A program made the position numbers and the translations under genes. Positions 36,061 through 48,830 of a DNA stretch of 64,000 nt are shown here, in pieces; the stretch's first letter is position 1; the number at the start of each line of letters is the position of its first letter. Below the pieces are notes generated by a model, which was not told the DNA's origin, ran no database searches, and saw only the letters and a program-made list of their open reading frames with translations. The DNA lies in the NCBI GenBank assembly GCA_024679065.1, contig JAGIQG010000009.1, forward strand, positions 53,816,001-53,880,000, read 5' to 3'. The stretch comes from Sphyrna mokarran. Taxonomy: Eukaryota.

Positions 36061-37154
36061 ACTGAATGTGAAATTCCTCCTGAATACACAAATTCCTCCT
36101 GAATACTAATTCCACATGAACAAGTGACTCTTGCAAGACTAATGTGGACAATGGAACCCAATTCATCTCCAGAGAGCCTTGCTGAACAGTATGGGCTCAA
36201 CCTCAGCACCACATAACCCAAAGGGACATAGGTTTATAGAAAAATACATCCAGGTAGTCACAAGAACCCTCACAAAATGCTAAGAGACAAAGGAAAACCC
36301 AAACTACATCTCTCAATGTTGACGGATTAAATAATCCTACCAAGCAAGATACTCCCTGTGGGAGATGAGGGGGAAATAAGACAACAACTGATTGATGCAC
36401 AGGAGATCAACACTTCAATCCCAGCCTGAGCTGTTGAAAGGATAACTGTACATGTACAATATCCAATGTGAAAGCCTGCAACCTGGCAAAAATTGAAATG
36501 AAGCTGAGACTCCAAGATCATACTAAACCAAAACAAAGCAAATACAAAGGAACAGAGCCTATTTTGACCTAATATGAGCTGGAAAAGCAGAGAAGCTGAT
36601 TGACAACCACAGCCAGCAATTCAACATCAGCAGCATCAACAGCAAGTGCTGCAACATCAACATCACTGGCAAATGGCATAGCATGAGATCTACAAGGAGA
36701 AACATGTACATCACCTGTGTTAACTCATTACTGAAAGCAATGAACCAATGAGATGGAAGAAAAATATCCTATTAGTTTACTGCTTTCATTTTCTGATTAG
36801 AACAGAGGAATTATATATAATTTATAATAATAGAGATGTTCATATTGTTATATTATTCATAACGAGCTCAAGAATTGGCAACTGATATATATTCTGGGGT
36901 CCCATGTTCACTGTCACAATGTGTCCTGTAACAATGGGCTAGATCTTCTGATCAGACGCAATGCTATGCACATCTTTTTCTCTAGGGTCATTGAGTGCTG
37001 ACTTTTTAACAAACTTTCAGCCAGACCTTCTGATCCCGACTGCAAAGCCTTGGCAACCTTTGTGACCACTGGTGAATGGTATCACAGGGCACACAACCCT
37101 TTTTTTTATAACTGCCACCTTTTGTTACGTTTTTAAGAGTTTCAGTGACCTGGT

Positions 37155-37260
37155 ATGTGTTTGTGTGTGTGTATGTATGTAAACAGTTACTGGGTAAATG
37201 GTGGGTGAGTGATTGAGTTGGTGAGTGAATGAGTGAATGCGTGAGTGAATGGGTGAGTGG
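37155..37260 (+). repeat. Degenerate (GT)n and (GAGT/GAAT)n microsatellite
   Basis: Seen directly. Confidence 0.8.
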
Positions 37261-37299
37261 ACACATGAATGCTGAGATGGGAGAGGATAGTTGGGTCAC

Positions 37300-38135
37300 A
37301 GGGTGAGTCATCAAATTCGCTCAAAGTCATAGCCGGGTTTGGGGTGGTAAGGAGGTTGCAATGCTGGTTGAGTGGGAAGGATAAATTGTGAAAGAAAGAG
37401 TTATTCTATTTGTCGCTAAGTTACAGTACAGAGATTCAGCAGTATAACTCTTCTGGGGCAAGTATCCGGGAAAATAGCGGGTATCTAGCTTCCCTGAGAT
37501 ACACGTACGTGACAATCACGGACGAGGCAAACCAGCAGCAGTGTAAACGTGCTAGGAAATGACAGGCCTGTGTGCATGGTGGAACTTACTCGAGGTCCCT
37601 ACAAATCAGTAAGTTAGTGCACCTAGCGCTCTCCGATTCTATCAGTCTATCAGCCAAATGGAGAGTAGAAGGCCTCTTGATCAAGTGTCACTTTGTGTCC
37701 ATCTTGTTGGAACACGGGGACATGCATGAAACAGGGTCTGAAATGAAAATTAAAAACAAACTTTAAGTACCCAGCAGCTTATCTGAAAGAAAAGGAAGTG
37801 GACATCAGATCTGATCCTCCAGGTCCTCAACCCATCGATCCTAAATTTGCTGTATATTTCCAACAATTCGCATATCTATCATTGTCTGCTTTTCGTATTT
37901 AGGTGCTAAATTTGCTCAGACTTCCAGTACACAAGAGTCCGAAAATGTGTCTGCTTCGAGTTTCGAGTTGCCTGCGGGTCTCACTCACATTCCAACGCCT
38001 CTTGGCATGAATCCCAGCTCGCCATTACGCAAAGTTTTTTTTCAAAAGCGCAAGACGCCTAGTTTGTCTGACCGGAGTCACCCCACCGCTACGTGTTATA
38101 TAGGTGTGTCTATATACGTGAGCAGCGTGTCCTGG
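37300..38135. promoter_or_regulatory. CpG-retaining candidate distal enhancer or divergent promoter about 7 kb upstream of PTGS2
   Basis: TGAGTCA near 37304, CACGTACGTG 37502-37511, ACGTG 37547, TTACGCAA 38025-38032, and TACGTG at 38090 and 38115. Not repeat-derived. Confidence 0.5.
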
Positions 38136-39029
38136 TGGGTGAAGGAGTAGATTGGCTCAGGGGTACAAATATCACAATCCCACTGAGAACATATGTATGA
38201 GAGAAATAATGAGTGTGTGGTCGCATGAGGAAGTAAATATGTGTAGACAGTGAGTGTATGCGTGTGTAAGCATGTATGTGTGAGAACATCTGGACCTGTA
38301 TTCTCTGGAGTTTAAATGAATGGGACAGCTGATGCTGAAGTTTGAATCAGTACTTATTTGGAAAAAATGAAAATAACTTATTTCTGAGAAACAACTTTAA
38401 AAGACAACAAGAAAATTGTCACCCATAGAAATCGCATAGAAAATTTCCACTCCCTCCGCCACCACCCTCTGTTTCCAAACCCAATTCAATAACAAAGTGT
38501 CACTCGCACTGGACCCTCATTTGTGTCAGACATTCCCTCGGGATCTTTTCGGGCACTGTTCTCAATGTTAGTAGGAGTTGGTATAACCATCCGCCAATAC
38601 TGAAAGGAATAAGTGTCAGGAATCTCATGAATGATGAGCAGCTTACATTGCATTGTTACTCAGAGGCGACTAGCAACTTTGATGAGGCTAGACTTATAAC
38701 ATCAGGTGGATCTTAAGCAGCACGGGTACTTGTCTCACTGTTTTTTGTATTACCACAGAAAATCAATGTTTCGTATCCATTTCTTTAACATAGGAGTGAG
38801 GGATGTTACTGAACAAGTTTGCTGACATTAACTCCCTTGATTTATGGCTTTCATTAAAAAGCTTTCCACGAAGAAATTGAAATATCAAAAGCCTAGTAAA
38901 TGTCCAGGCAAGCTACACTTGAAATAGAAACAACTGAACATTCAATTCAGACCTGATACCAGAAACAATTTCTTCATGTGAGGTAGTTTAAAGGTAGGGG
39001 AAAACATCAAGGCTCAAAGGTAGGCGAGT

Positions 39030-39320
39030 TTAAAACTAGAGTGCATAGGTTTAAGGTGAGAGGGAAGAGATACAAAAGAGTCCAGAGGGGCAATTTTTTT
39101 CACACAGGGTGGGGAGTGTCTGGAACAAGCCGTCAGAGGTAGTAGTAGTGGGTACAATTTTGTCTTTTAAAAAGTGTTTAGACAATTGCATGGGTAAAAT
39201 GGGTAGAGGAATATGGGGCAAACACAAGCAATTGGGACTTGCTTAGCGGTTAAAAATGGGGCAGCATGGACCAGTTGGGCCAAAGGACTTGTTTCCATGC
39301 TTTAAACCTCTGTGACACTA
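39030..39320 (+). mobile_element. CR1 3' end (same tail family as 33698-36060)
   Basis: AACTAGAGTGCATAGGTTTAAGGTGAGAGG ... GTTTCCATGCTTTAAACCTCT. Confidence 0.75.
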
Positions 39321-39667
39321 CGTAAAAAGTGAAAATAAAAATACGCCAGGGTGGTTAGCCCCGAGTCATCAAGCGTAATGTTGAGCCCATTCAAATACCA
39401 ACATTGGAGTTTTTGTTCGTGTTCTGAATTGTTCTAATATCTTCTTTGCACAATCCAAACTGAAGTTGTATAAGAGCAAAAGAGGATATTACAATCTGCT
39501 GGATCTCTTTTATATTTTCCTGTCACAAATCTGCACATTGTCATAAACAATTTGGGCTCACTTGTTATTATAATCATCATCATATTTTCCTAGCAGTCAA
39601 GAGTTATTAAGACACTGGAACAAGTAATGTTAATTATCCTCACTATAAGATAATGTCTTTTTTTTTG

Positions 39668-39785
39668 CCATGATGTGGAGATGTAGGCATTGGACAGGGC
39701 ACAGTAAGAAGTCTCACAATACCAGGTTAAAGTTCAACAGGTTTATTTGGAATCATGAGTTTTCAGAGTGCTGCTGCTTCATCAT
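39668..39785 (-). repeat. Family A Penelope terminal repeat with a decayed hammerhead core
   Basis: The minus strand reads TGATGAAGCAGCAGCACTCTGAAAACTCATGATTCCAAATAAACCTGTTG. Confidence 0.7.
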
Positions 39786-41829
39786 TTTTTCCCCATATTA
39801 AACAGCCAGTGATCACCTGGACAGTAAGATGGGCAAGGTTGAATCCTCTTTTACACACCAGCCCGTTTTCTTCTGAGATCAATGAGAATGAAAGCTGGAC
39901 AGATTCATCAATCACCACTGCCTGCTTTACATTGCTGCCCAAGACAAACTTATACCCCTTGGTACTTGAAATAGAGCAGAACTGGCTGGAAGGAAATGTG
40001 GGTCAGATTGAGATTAGAACTGCCTGCAATCCACACACTCTTCACAGGTCCTCACTGTGAAGACAGGATTGATAAAGTTACCCTCACATATGACCCTCAC
40101 TTAACCCCTAGAATGTGAGGTTGACTCCTCCATAATGTATATCCTGCCTGATTGAGCTATTTTTGGAAGTTTGCTATGAACATGCGTTGTCATACTTTCT
40201 CTCCTTGTGCATTTCTATCTCTCTCTATCCTTGCCCTTTTTAAATTTTTTTTCTCTCTCTACCTCGCAAATTTTCCAGTTTCGCTGACATCCTGTGAAAC
40301 TGTCCAACTCTTTGATTAATGCTCTGTGGTTTCTAAAGAAAAAGCAGAATCCATGTAGTCACTTGACTGCGGGGAGGGACTGTTCCCTCACACAAAGCGA
40401 TCACATTCAAAATTAATCTAACTGGTGAAATTGTGGCTGGTGCCATCAATAATGACAGTACATGTCCTTGGGATTTGTATGGTTGGTCAATTGGTTGAAA
40501 ACTCAGAATAATTGTCTCCCATCCTCCAATTCATCCACTGGGGCCACATTTGGCTAAAATTCATCAAATGAAAAGATCTAAATGGCAAAGTGATTAAGTG
40601 GCCAAATCCTGTTAATACATTGATCGCAATAAACCATCATCAGCTCCTGCCCCTTCCCACCACCACCCTCCCCCATCCACCATCACCTGGGGACCCAGGG
40701 TATGAAAAAGTAGGCAATCCTTATCACCATTAGAATAGATAGGTCAGTTCAGACATAGAAACATAAAAAATAGAAGCTAGGAGCAGGAGGAGGCTATTTG
40801 GCCCTTCGAGCCTGCTCTGCCATTCATTACGATTACAGCTGATTGTCCAACTCAATAACCTAATCCTGCTTTCTCCCCATTACCTCTGATCCCATTCACC
40901 CCAACAGCTATATGTAACTGTTTCTTAATTACTTCCTGTGGCAATGAATCCAGCTGACATGATGGGCCAAAGGGCCTCTTTCGGTGCTGTAATGACCAGC
41001 AACCCATTCTTCCTACTGATTTGACAAATATCACTGACTCGGCCTAACAGTTCCCATGATATCTGACCCAGAAAAATGTGACCCATTTTAAGTCTCTATC
41101 AGAAAATAAACAACAACGCCACATCCGCCTCATTGTTGCTTATCATTAAAGTCACTCGATATCTCTCTGAACCTAAGAACTCTTTGTGCTTGACCTCACT
41201 TCTTGCAAGAACCACCTCTCATTCTATTTAGATCTGTCCAGGCACAGATATTTTCTGAGCTCTGGGACTGTGAAGATGAAATGGGGTGAATTGCATTGAT
41301 TATGTTGGAAACCTCCACAATATGACGTTTGTGGAATTTCTCTGCCAGTGCTCATCTGATTCTGAAACCACCCACCTATATTCTATACAAAAGCCAAATG
41401 AGAAAGTCCTAAACAAATCAAATGCTGCATATTCAAGGTTTGTGAATGTTTTGCTTTGAGATTTTGTTTTTAAATCTAGTTAACAGAAACTCGTCACTTG
41501 CCAGTTAGATCAAAGTTGCCTATTTTTACTGTCACTCGAAATGGATTCACTGCTGACCTTGTTTCCATCATCCGCAATGTTATCAAACAAATCTCTTAAG
41601 AATTGAAAAGGGCCAAAAATTTTTAAAAACTCTTGGCATGGAGGGTGAAAGAAATAACTCCAGTTCATGATGAGTGCACAGAGGTTTGGCGAATTGGCTG
41701 AGCTCAGGCAGCCTGCAATCAGGATTTGAAGGAGACATTGTGCCACCTTGTGGAGTTATATTGCATGGCAGCAGAGGTGGCTGCTTTCAATTTCAGTCCA
41801 TTCATTAAAGTACTATGCCAACTCAGTCA

Positions 41830-42226
41830 TCATAAGAAGTCTGACAACACCAGGTTTAAGTCCAACTGATTTATTTGATAGTAAACTCACAAGCTTTCGA
41901 GGTGTCCCTCTTTGTCAGGTGAATGGAGAGTTCTGGCCTCAGACAGTACATAAAGCAGCACAGATGACTGATTAGAATGCAAATCTTTACACCTAACCTG
42001 CTATTCAAGGCTTAAAGTGGCTAACAGTGTGAGTGGAAGGAGCACTGAGCACTGGTTAAAGAGATGTGTATTGTCTCCAGACAGTACAGTAAGTGAAGTT
42101 TTGCAAACCCAGGGAAGTCATGAGGGTTACAGATACTGTGACATGAATTCAAGATCCCTGTTGAGACTGACCTCATGTGTGCTTACTGTGTTTACCCCAG
42201 TCCAATGCCAGCATCTCCACACCACA
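41830..42226 (-). mobile_element. Penelope-like element 3' end with a family A hammerhead motif (41885-41924) and an inverted terminal-repeat piece (42181-42226)
   Basis: 42040-42180 is the reverse complement homolog of 4530-4680. The minus strand reads AUUCAC-CUGACAA-A-GAGG-gaca-CCUC-GAAA-GCUU-GUGAGU. Confidence 0.78.
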
Positions 42227-42354
42227 ACTCAGTCATCTGTTAGTCAGTCTGTGTGATCTTTACTCCAGTCATTTATTTCTTGATTTTTCCTTAGGTATTG
42301 CTTAATGTTAAAAACTATGCTGCCATAAATTTGTAATGAACACCTTCTTTAAAG

Positions 42355-43040
42355 ATAAAAAGACATGTATCGTCATATGGCACCTTGCACAACCAGCAGA
42401 CATCTCAGCGCACTTTACGGCCAATGAAATACTTTTGAAGCATAGTCAATGTTGTAAGGTAGAAAATAGAGTGACCAATTTGCGCAGAGCAAGCTCTCAC
42501 TACCAGATAACAGCCAGGTAATTGTTTTGTGCACTGTTAATTGAGGGATAAGTTTTAGCCGATGTTAAGGTTTACCTTTAATAGGAATATATTGAGCATG
42601 CATAAAAGAAGTTAGGTCACAAGAGGTATCACTCACTCAGTGAGTTTGTCTGAGCAATATCTCAAAAAGCAGCTTCAGCTTTGCATTCAACCCTGGGTAA
42701 ATGGTCACCACATAAATAAATGTTTTTGAAGAAAGACCATCATTCCCCCCATCACTTTTCTTCCCCAACCAGATCTCTTCTAGAAAAAGAAGCTAACACA
42801 ACCCGAGATTAAAATATTGATAGCAGAGTCAGGACACCAGAGATAATTCTCCTGCTTTTCCTCAGAATAGTGCCATGGGATCTAATTCCAGGTGCAGACT
42901 GCCCTTGGTTTAGCGTCTCATCCGAAAGGTGGCCTTCCAATAATGCTGCATTCCCTTGAGAGTTAGCTTTGGTCTTTGGACCTGGATTCTGACCTTCTCG
43001 CTCAGAGGCTAAAATGTTACTAGCTGAGTCACAATTGATA
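42355..43040 (-). mobile_element. Deu-domain SINE, interrupted at ~42560-42830
   Basis: AATAGTGCCATGGGATCT...GGTTTAGCGTCTCATCCGAAAG matches the Deu core in reverse. Confidence 0.7.
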
Positions 43041-44479
43041 CCTCAGCTTCTTCTGCATGTTTCGGTGCAAGGAGAGATAGGACGTGGTTTTACAATCAGA
43101 TTACCAGGCATTGCACTGCAGTGACTAGTTTACTGCCGCTTTGATGGAGATTTATAGAGAAGGCACCATATTCTGTCAACCCTGTATGTACATTCCAAGC
43201 AAACCTCTGTCCTGACTGCAAGCACACTCTCTCTAGTGGTATTTTTAAAAAATAGCAGGAACAAAATAAAGCAAAACGAAGGACAATAGGAATTAAAAGA
43301 TTAAAACCACTAACTCTTGCTTCTCTTCACAGAAGCAGCCAGACCTGCTCAGTCTTTCCAGTATTTTCTGTTTTCATTTCAGATTTCCAGCATCCATGGT
43401 ATTTTGCTTTTATCCGAGCTAATTCTTTTATTTTTCTCTCCTGATGTTCTGAAGAGTCTGATTGGTTGCTTGGTCCTGATTGTACAAGTGTTAGCAAGCT
43501 TGGGTTATTAGTCAAAATAGCTATTCTTCATGTACAAGGCTTGGCAGTGAATGTCAATGGTGGTTAAAGTGAGGAGCATGGTTAATGAGCTAAATGCCAT
43601 TCTCGATCTGTAGGATCAAAGAATCTTACCACAGTCAAGAAGATGTACTTTATGCCAAATAATGATTTTTAATCCCTCAGCTGAAAACCTGAATTGAACC
43701 CAAAAACAGACTTTTTATAAACACAGTGACTAAACTGATTTGAACTCACAGCCCAAGTTGGCTAATCTCAGTTTGCATAACCCCATAATGGGTATAAACC
43801 TGATTTTAATACATCTTCATACAACTAAACACCTGCCTTGCCACATTTTCCCCCACCCCCCAGGTGTATTTTTGTCAGCACTCAGATAGGAATATAAAGG
43901 TGAGTATGGCCATGCAATGGTCAGGCACTGCTTTCTGACACAGGGTTGGCACTAGGAGGGGGTGGTGTCAAGGGTGGACACTAATGGGTCTCATTTATTT
44001 GTGGTGTTGGGTGGTGAAATGCAGGTGTGAGGTCTGGGGATGCCGGCAATGATTGTGGGGAAAGCAGAATGCAGGCATTGACTGGTGGTGATGCTAGCGA
44101 TGTTTGGGGGAAAGCATTGACTGTTTGAAGGGGGAATGCTGGCTCTAATTGCAGGTGGGATAAGTGGAGAACGCTGGCTCCAAACATGGGGGAAGCAACA
44201 GTGGTGCTGTGAGGTGCTGGCTCTGATCCTCAATACAGGGGCCCTTTACAATGGCCCCTGATTTCAGTGGAGCCAACCTTTGCTGGGGTATTTAGTCTCT
44301 GTCCCTCAGTATGATGGCTAAGAAAACGCTCACCTGTTTCTTTTGACAAAACGTCAGAAAAGCTGGAGAGATCTGGAGATGTCTGAAGTGAAGCACACCA
44401 GTTTTAAGTTAGATCCTGACACTTTGCCAAATACTGGTAAGGTCACCCCCAATGGCTTCAGGGGAATGTGAATGGCTCA

Positions 44480-45281
44480 CACCACCAATCTCATTAGCAA
44501 GACATCAATGTCAACCACCTGAGGTATTCAACTATTGGAGATAGGCCTTTAAGACTAGTTATTTGGACAATGGGACCCTGGTTCCAGACATGAGATAAGC
44601 AAGGTATTTTTGGAAAACATGAAGAGTGATTTTTTTTTTACATTCCCTGATTGCTGGCAAAGCCAACTCCTGGTATGTTTATGAACATGTGTTCTCAGCA
44701 GAATGAGGACAAGCAATTTAGGGAAAAGGTCTAAATGGGATCCCTCTTGTCTCCTTCTCCCTCCAACCCACCTGAGAAATTTCCAAGTCCTGTTTACTCA
44801 CTGTGATCCTGTAGCAACTCCGCTGTAGACAAAGTCCTTAAAAAGAATCTAACCCAGCACTATTGTCTCCCAAAGGAAATCAATTCAGTCATCTACATTT
44901 TTAAATAGGAAACATCAAGAACAACAGGTTTAGCCTGAAGCCAGCTGAGTCACCGAACTACAGACTGTGTACACTTTTATACTTTTATGGACTCTAATTT
45001 AGCCAACCTATCCTTCCGCACTGTGTAATGTGGATGTCTGGGTGTGTATGTGAAAGTTAGTACATCGTTTATTATTTTGCTTAGATTGTTTTAAATACAA
45101 TAACACCTATCTCTTTCATTGTTAAAGTCAAGAAAAATTTATCCCATTGATTCTTTTATGTAGCAATTAAGTACTCACTGAATTGGCAAATATATCATTT
45201 TCAAATAAAAATAACCTGTTGTGGTCAAAGAAGGGGAGGGCAAAGGAGAAGCCACTTAATTCCTCCTGACTTGACCATAAC
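44480..45281 (+). mobile_element. Possible solo LTR
   Basis: LTR-like composition ending ...CCTCCTGACTTGACCATAAC. The left boundary is uncertain. Confidence 0.3.
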
Positions 45282-45504
45282 CAGAAGGAGACAGCTTGGC
45301 TTATTGTGCCTCAGTTGACTTGTAAGGACTACCAGCTACTTCCCTTCACCTGCTTTCAGCATAGCACTTCATTCTTTTTTCATTTTGAGTATTTATTGAG
45401 TCCCCTTTTGAAAAGGAACAGTATTTTTAGTTCTAAATTGGAGGGATGGAGGGGTGCTCAGTCAGTGGGAGGAGAAATTAGTATGATATTAGGATTTGGA
45501 TGGG

Positions 45505-45690
45505 ATGGCACAGTGGTTAGTATTGCTGCCTCACAGCACTAGGGACCCAGGTTCAATTTCAGCCTTGGTTTACTGTGTGGAATTTGCATGCTCTCCCTGT
45601 TTCTATGTTGGTTTCCTCTGGTGCTCTGATTTCCTCCTAGTCCACAGATGTGCAGGTTAGATGGATTGACCATGCTAAATTACCCATTAC
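45505..45690 (+). mobile_element. HE1-type V-SINE
   Basis: TGGCACAGTGGTTAGTATTGCTGCCTCACAGC head followed by the V-domain. Confidence 0.8.
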
Positions 45691-46393
45691 AGTGCCTTTC
45701 CCTCATTCAACCTCTGTTAAGAATGGAAGCAGGAAAGACCAACATTTTTAAAATTTTATCTTCCTACTTGATCAAAGCCATCCACTCTTAATCGGTCAGT
45801 GGGGTCTCGCACATCATTGATTCCAATGTGGGCCAAATCTCCCATTTATCTGCTGAATGTTCTGCATCTGCTCAATATGTCTTTTAACCTGACACCAGAT
45901 AGTTATGCATACCCTGCAGAAGTCAGCGATTGCAGAAACTGCTGGTTAGCTCCTGATTGGATCTCTTTGATATTAGCATTTGTTGGTCCCTTTGTTCAGT
46001 CCCCTACACATCTATTTTCCAGCAGGGTTCAAGCAATGATGATGATGAGTAAAAAAACCTCATTTCATTTTTTTTGCCTGTTCCATGACTCACGTTGAGG
46101 TCACTATCATCCCACTGATGTCAGCCAATAAATATGGATTCTGTAGATTGTCTGTTCAGCTTAGTACCATGCTGAGCTTATTTTATCTTTACATTCAATC
46201 AAACATTTAATTTGAAAGTGTAACTACTTTTTACGTAAAATAGTGAATCAGGGTTATTAATTTATAGTAACTGAATAAGTCAAATGAGATACAGGACAGA
46301 ATTTGACAAAAATATTCTTCTTGGGTGAGTTTGAAAATGCAAGCTTATTGCACTTAGGGTGCCAGAATGTGACTCTTGCCAGCAGGAGGTGAC

Positions 46394-46497
46394 AGAGCTT
46401 TGACAAAGGGTCATCTGGACTCATAACATCAGTTCTTTTCTTTCTTTACAGATGCTGCCCGACCTGCTGAGATTTTCCAGCATTTTGTCTTTTGGTT
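46394..46497 (+). repeat. Family B short repeat with an inactivated hammerhead core and an apparent ~14-bp TSD
   Basis: AGCT-TTGACAA-A-GGGTC-atctg-GACTC-ATAA-CATC-AGTT, flanked by GGAGGTGACAGAGC (46385-46398) and GGGGGTGACGGAGC (46498-46511). Confidence 0.72.
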
Positions 46498-48264
46498 GGG
46501 GGTGACGGAGCCAGCTCGTTGGGGAAGCTGGCTGTTCTAGGGATGCCATTGCACAGACACCCAGTCAATCCAGAGTATTGGGAAATCTCCTGCCATATCC
46601 TGCCACCCACCCATTGACATCAAACCCCCCGCCACCACTGCCCCATCCCGGCAGAGTTACCCCTTTCCCTCCCTCCCCGGCAGTTCCCCACTTCCTTCCC
46701 AACACAGCAGATTTCCCTCCCTCCCATCCCTGCAAGCTACCCACTTGTTTGTTCCTCATCATGGCCCTGCCCTCTGGCTCTTGTCCCACTCTGGTTCCAC
46801 CCTCTCAGCACTTTCAGTAAAGTGATGGTGCCGAATGGGCATGCCAGGGTGCCCAGTGGGCAGTATCAGGATGCCAGGCAGTCAGTGGCAGAGTGCCAGG
46901 CTGGGGCTCCTATCCCACCGGCGAGGCTGTCACGTCTTCCTCCCATTGATAGGGATCATAAGTGACTCTTGACAGTGAGAGAATCACGAACAGTGAGGTG
47001 GTAGAGATAAGTAGGTGTTAGCATCCAGGACTTGTTTAACATTTAAATTGGCTTCACACCTTAACTGGGCCCAAAGTCAATTTTGCTAGTAAAAGAGTGC
47101 CATTAAGATTGGCAGAAGCAACAAACCTGATTTTTCACCTGCTGCCAATTTTACCGTCCCACCACACTGAATGTTGGGCAGGATGAGGTCATAAGATTGC
47201 AGGCACAATTTGTAAAAAAAATTGGTAAATTTATGAATCCATTTATATATAACAGGAGTTGCTGCTTCACAGTGATGATTAATCAAGAATTCCGTTTTTT
47301 AATATCTTAACCTTTACCAGTTTTTTTTACGGATCAAATTACAGGAGGCAACAGTTAAATCATAACTCAGTCACCCTGAAAACAAATAATAAAAAGTAAC
47401 ATTTGAAGGGAGATCCTGGCCACACAAGAACTGTGGCAATTTTGGAAAATCTGTTGGCATTAAAGAATCACGTTCAAAAAGGTCTGACTCATTTGCTTGT
47501 TGTAAATTTAGTAGCTCTGTATTCCTGAATTGTCGGATTCCAACAAAGCTTCCAACACACCTTCTTCCTTGAACAATAGCCCTTTTTTTGTGGACGACCA
47601 TGCATTTATCTCATTGTTTAATTTGCTTGAAGGAGATAAACCTGCCACTGGACTGGAATTCTACTGTTTTGCTTTATTTCTAACACAGACCAAAGTCCTA
47701 ATGTATAGAATAAAACAGCAATTGTTCCATTCTGATAGGCTATGCATGTCTGCAGTTTCTCCTGGTTCTTATCTACCTACGCTTAAGTCCTCTGCGCTTA
47801 GGGTAACGGAATGATTTCCTGCAAGGGAAAAGTACATAGTCCATATCAGCAGTCTCCAAATGAGAGGTAGCTTGCTTCCACACTTAACAAATTCTAATTT
47901 CTTTCCATCATGTTTCTCCCCCTCCAAACCCCTCACTGTCCCTCCATCCCCACCCCGCTAGGGCTATCTGCCACCAATCACATGCCTAACATCTTGCCCA
48001 ACACCTACAGCACCTTTCCATGCAATCATAGAAAGAATAACGCCTGCCCCCGTATTTCTTTCCTGCTCACCATCCCAGGGCCCAAACACTTTCCCGGTGA
48101 ATCATCTCCTTTAATCTGGCTTGTTGCATTCATTGCTCCCAATGTGGACTAAGCCATATCAAAGAGCTCGAATGCTGACTGGGTAACTCATAGAATCCTA
48201 TAGTGCATTAGAAGGCCATTTGGTCCATCGAGTTTGCACCAATCATAGTCCCCTGCAATCTCAG

Positions 48265-48406
48265 GACGCTGGAGGGTACACCTTACCGGGTGCCGTTTAA
48301 CTACATCCCAAATAATGAATGGGAGCTGTAAGTTCAGTCTGGAAATATAGTCTTCCTGCTGAAGAAAGGACAGAACAACTGGGTCACAGTCACATTTAAC
48401 AATGAG
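48265..48406 (+). pseudogene. NCF2: Isolated pseudo-exon encoding most of an NCF2 (p67phox)-like first SH3 domain
   Basis: tctcag|G ACG CTG GAG... translates TLEGTPYRVPFNYIPNNEWEL*VQSGNIVFLLKKGQNNWVTVTFNNE. Human p67phox (recalled) reads [47 protein letters not shown]. In-frame TAA at 48329-48331, donor GAG|gcaagt. Confidence 0.8.
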
Positions 48407-48544
48407 GCAAGTTCCAACGGAGGAATGTGCAATCTCCAGAGCTAACTGATGAGTGACTGACTGAATAAAACCATAGATTGCAAGTGACTGGCCAATAGTC
48501 CCAGGATTATATTCCAGAATCTTTTATTGTAATAAGAGGCAACA

Positions 48545-48830
48545 CTACTGGTTGCACTGCAGTTTCAGTGCCAGGGACCAGGTTTCAATTCTGGCCTCGG
48601 TCAGTGTCTGTGAGAGTTTGCTTGTAGTCGCTTAGGTTTCCTCCAGGTGCTCCGGTTTCCTCACAGAGTCAAAAGACGTGTGGGTTAGGTGGATTGGCTA
48701 CGCTAAATTGTCCCTCATGTCAGGGGATTGATAGGGTAAATGTATCAGGTTGTGAGAATAGGGCCCCAGTGGTCAGTGCAGGTTTGATGGACCGAATGGC
48801 CTCCTTCCGTACTGTAGGAATTCTATTCTA
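48545..48830 (+). mobile_element. HE1-type SINE at the 3' end of the inserted NCF2-like fragment
   Basis: CAGTGCCAGGGACCAGGTTTCAATTC head, V-domain, and tail ...GTACTGTAGGAATTCTATTCTA. Confidence 0.8.

Noticed and set aside
36600-36680. CAG/CAA/CAT-rich stretch suggesting a poly-Gln or poly-Ser exon
   Set aside because: Degenerate trinucleotide repeat with no sustained ORF or splice sites.
48265-48406. Exon of a functional NCF2 gene spanning the window
   Set aside because: It has an in-frame TAA, is nested inside two layers of TEs, and no flanking NCF2 exons were found.
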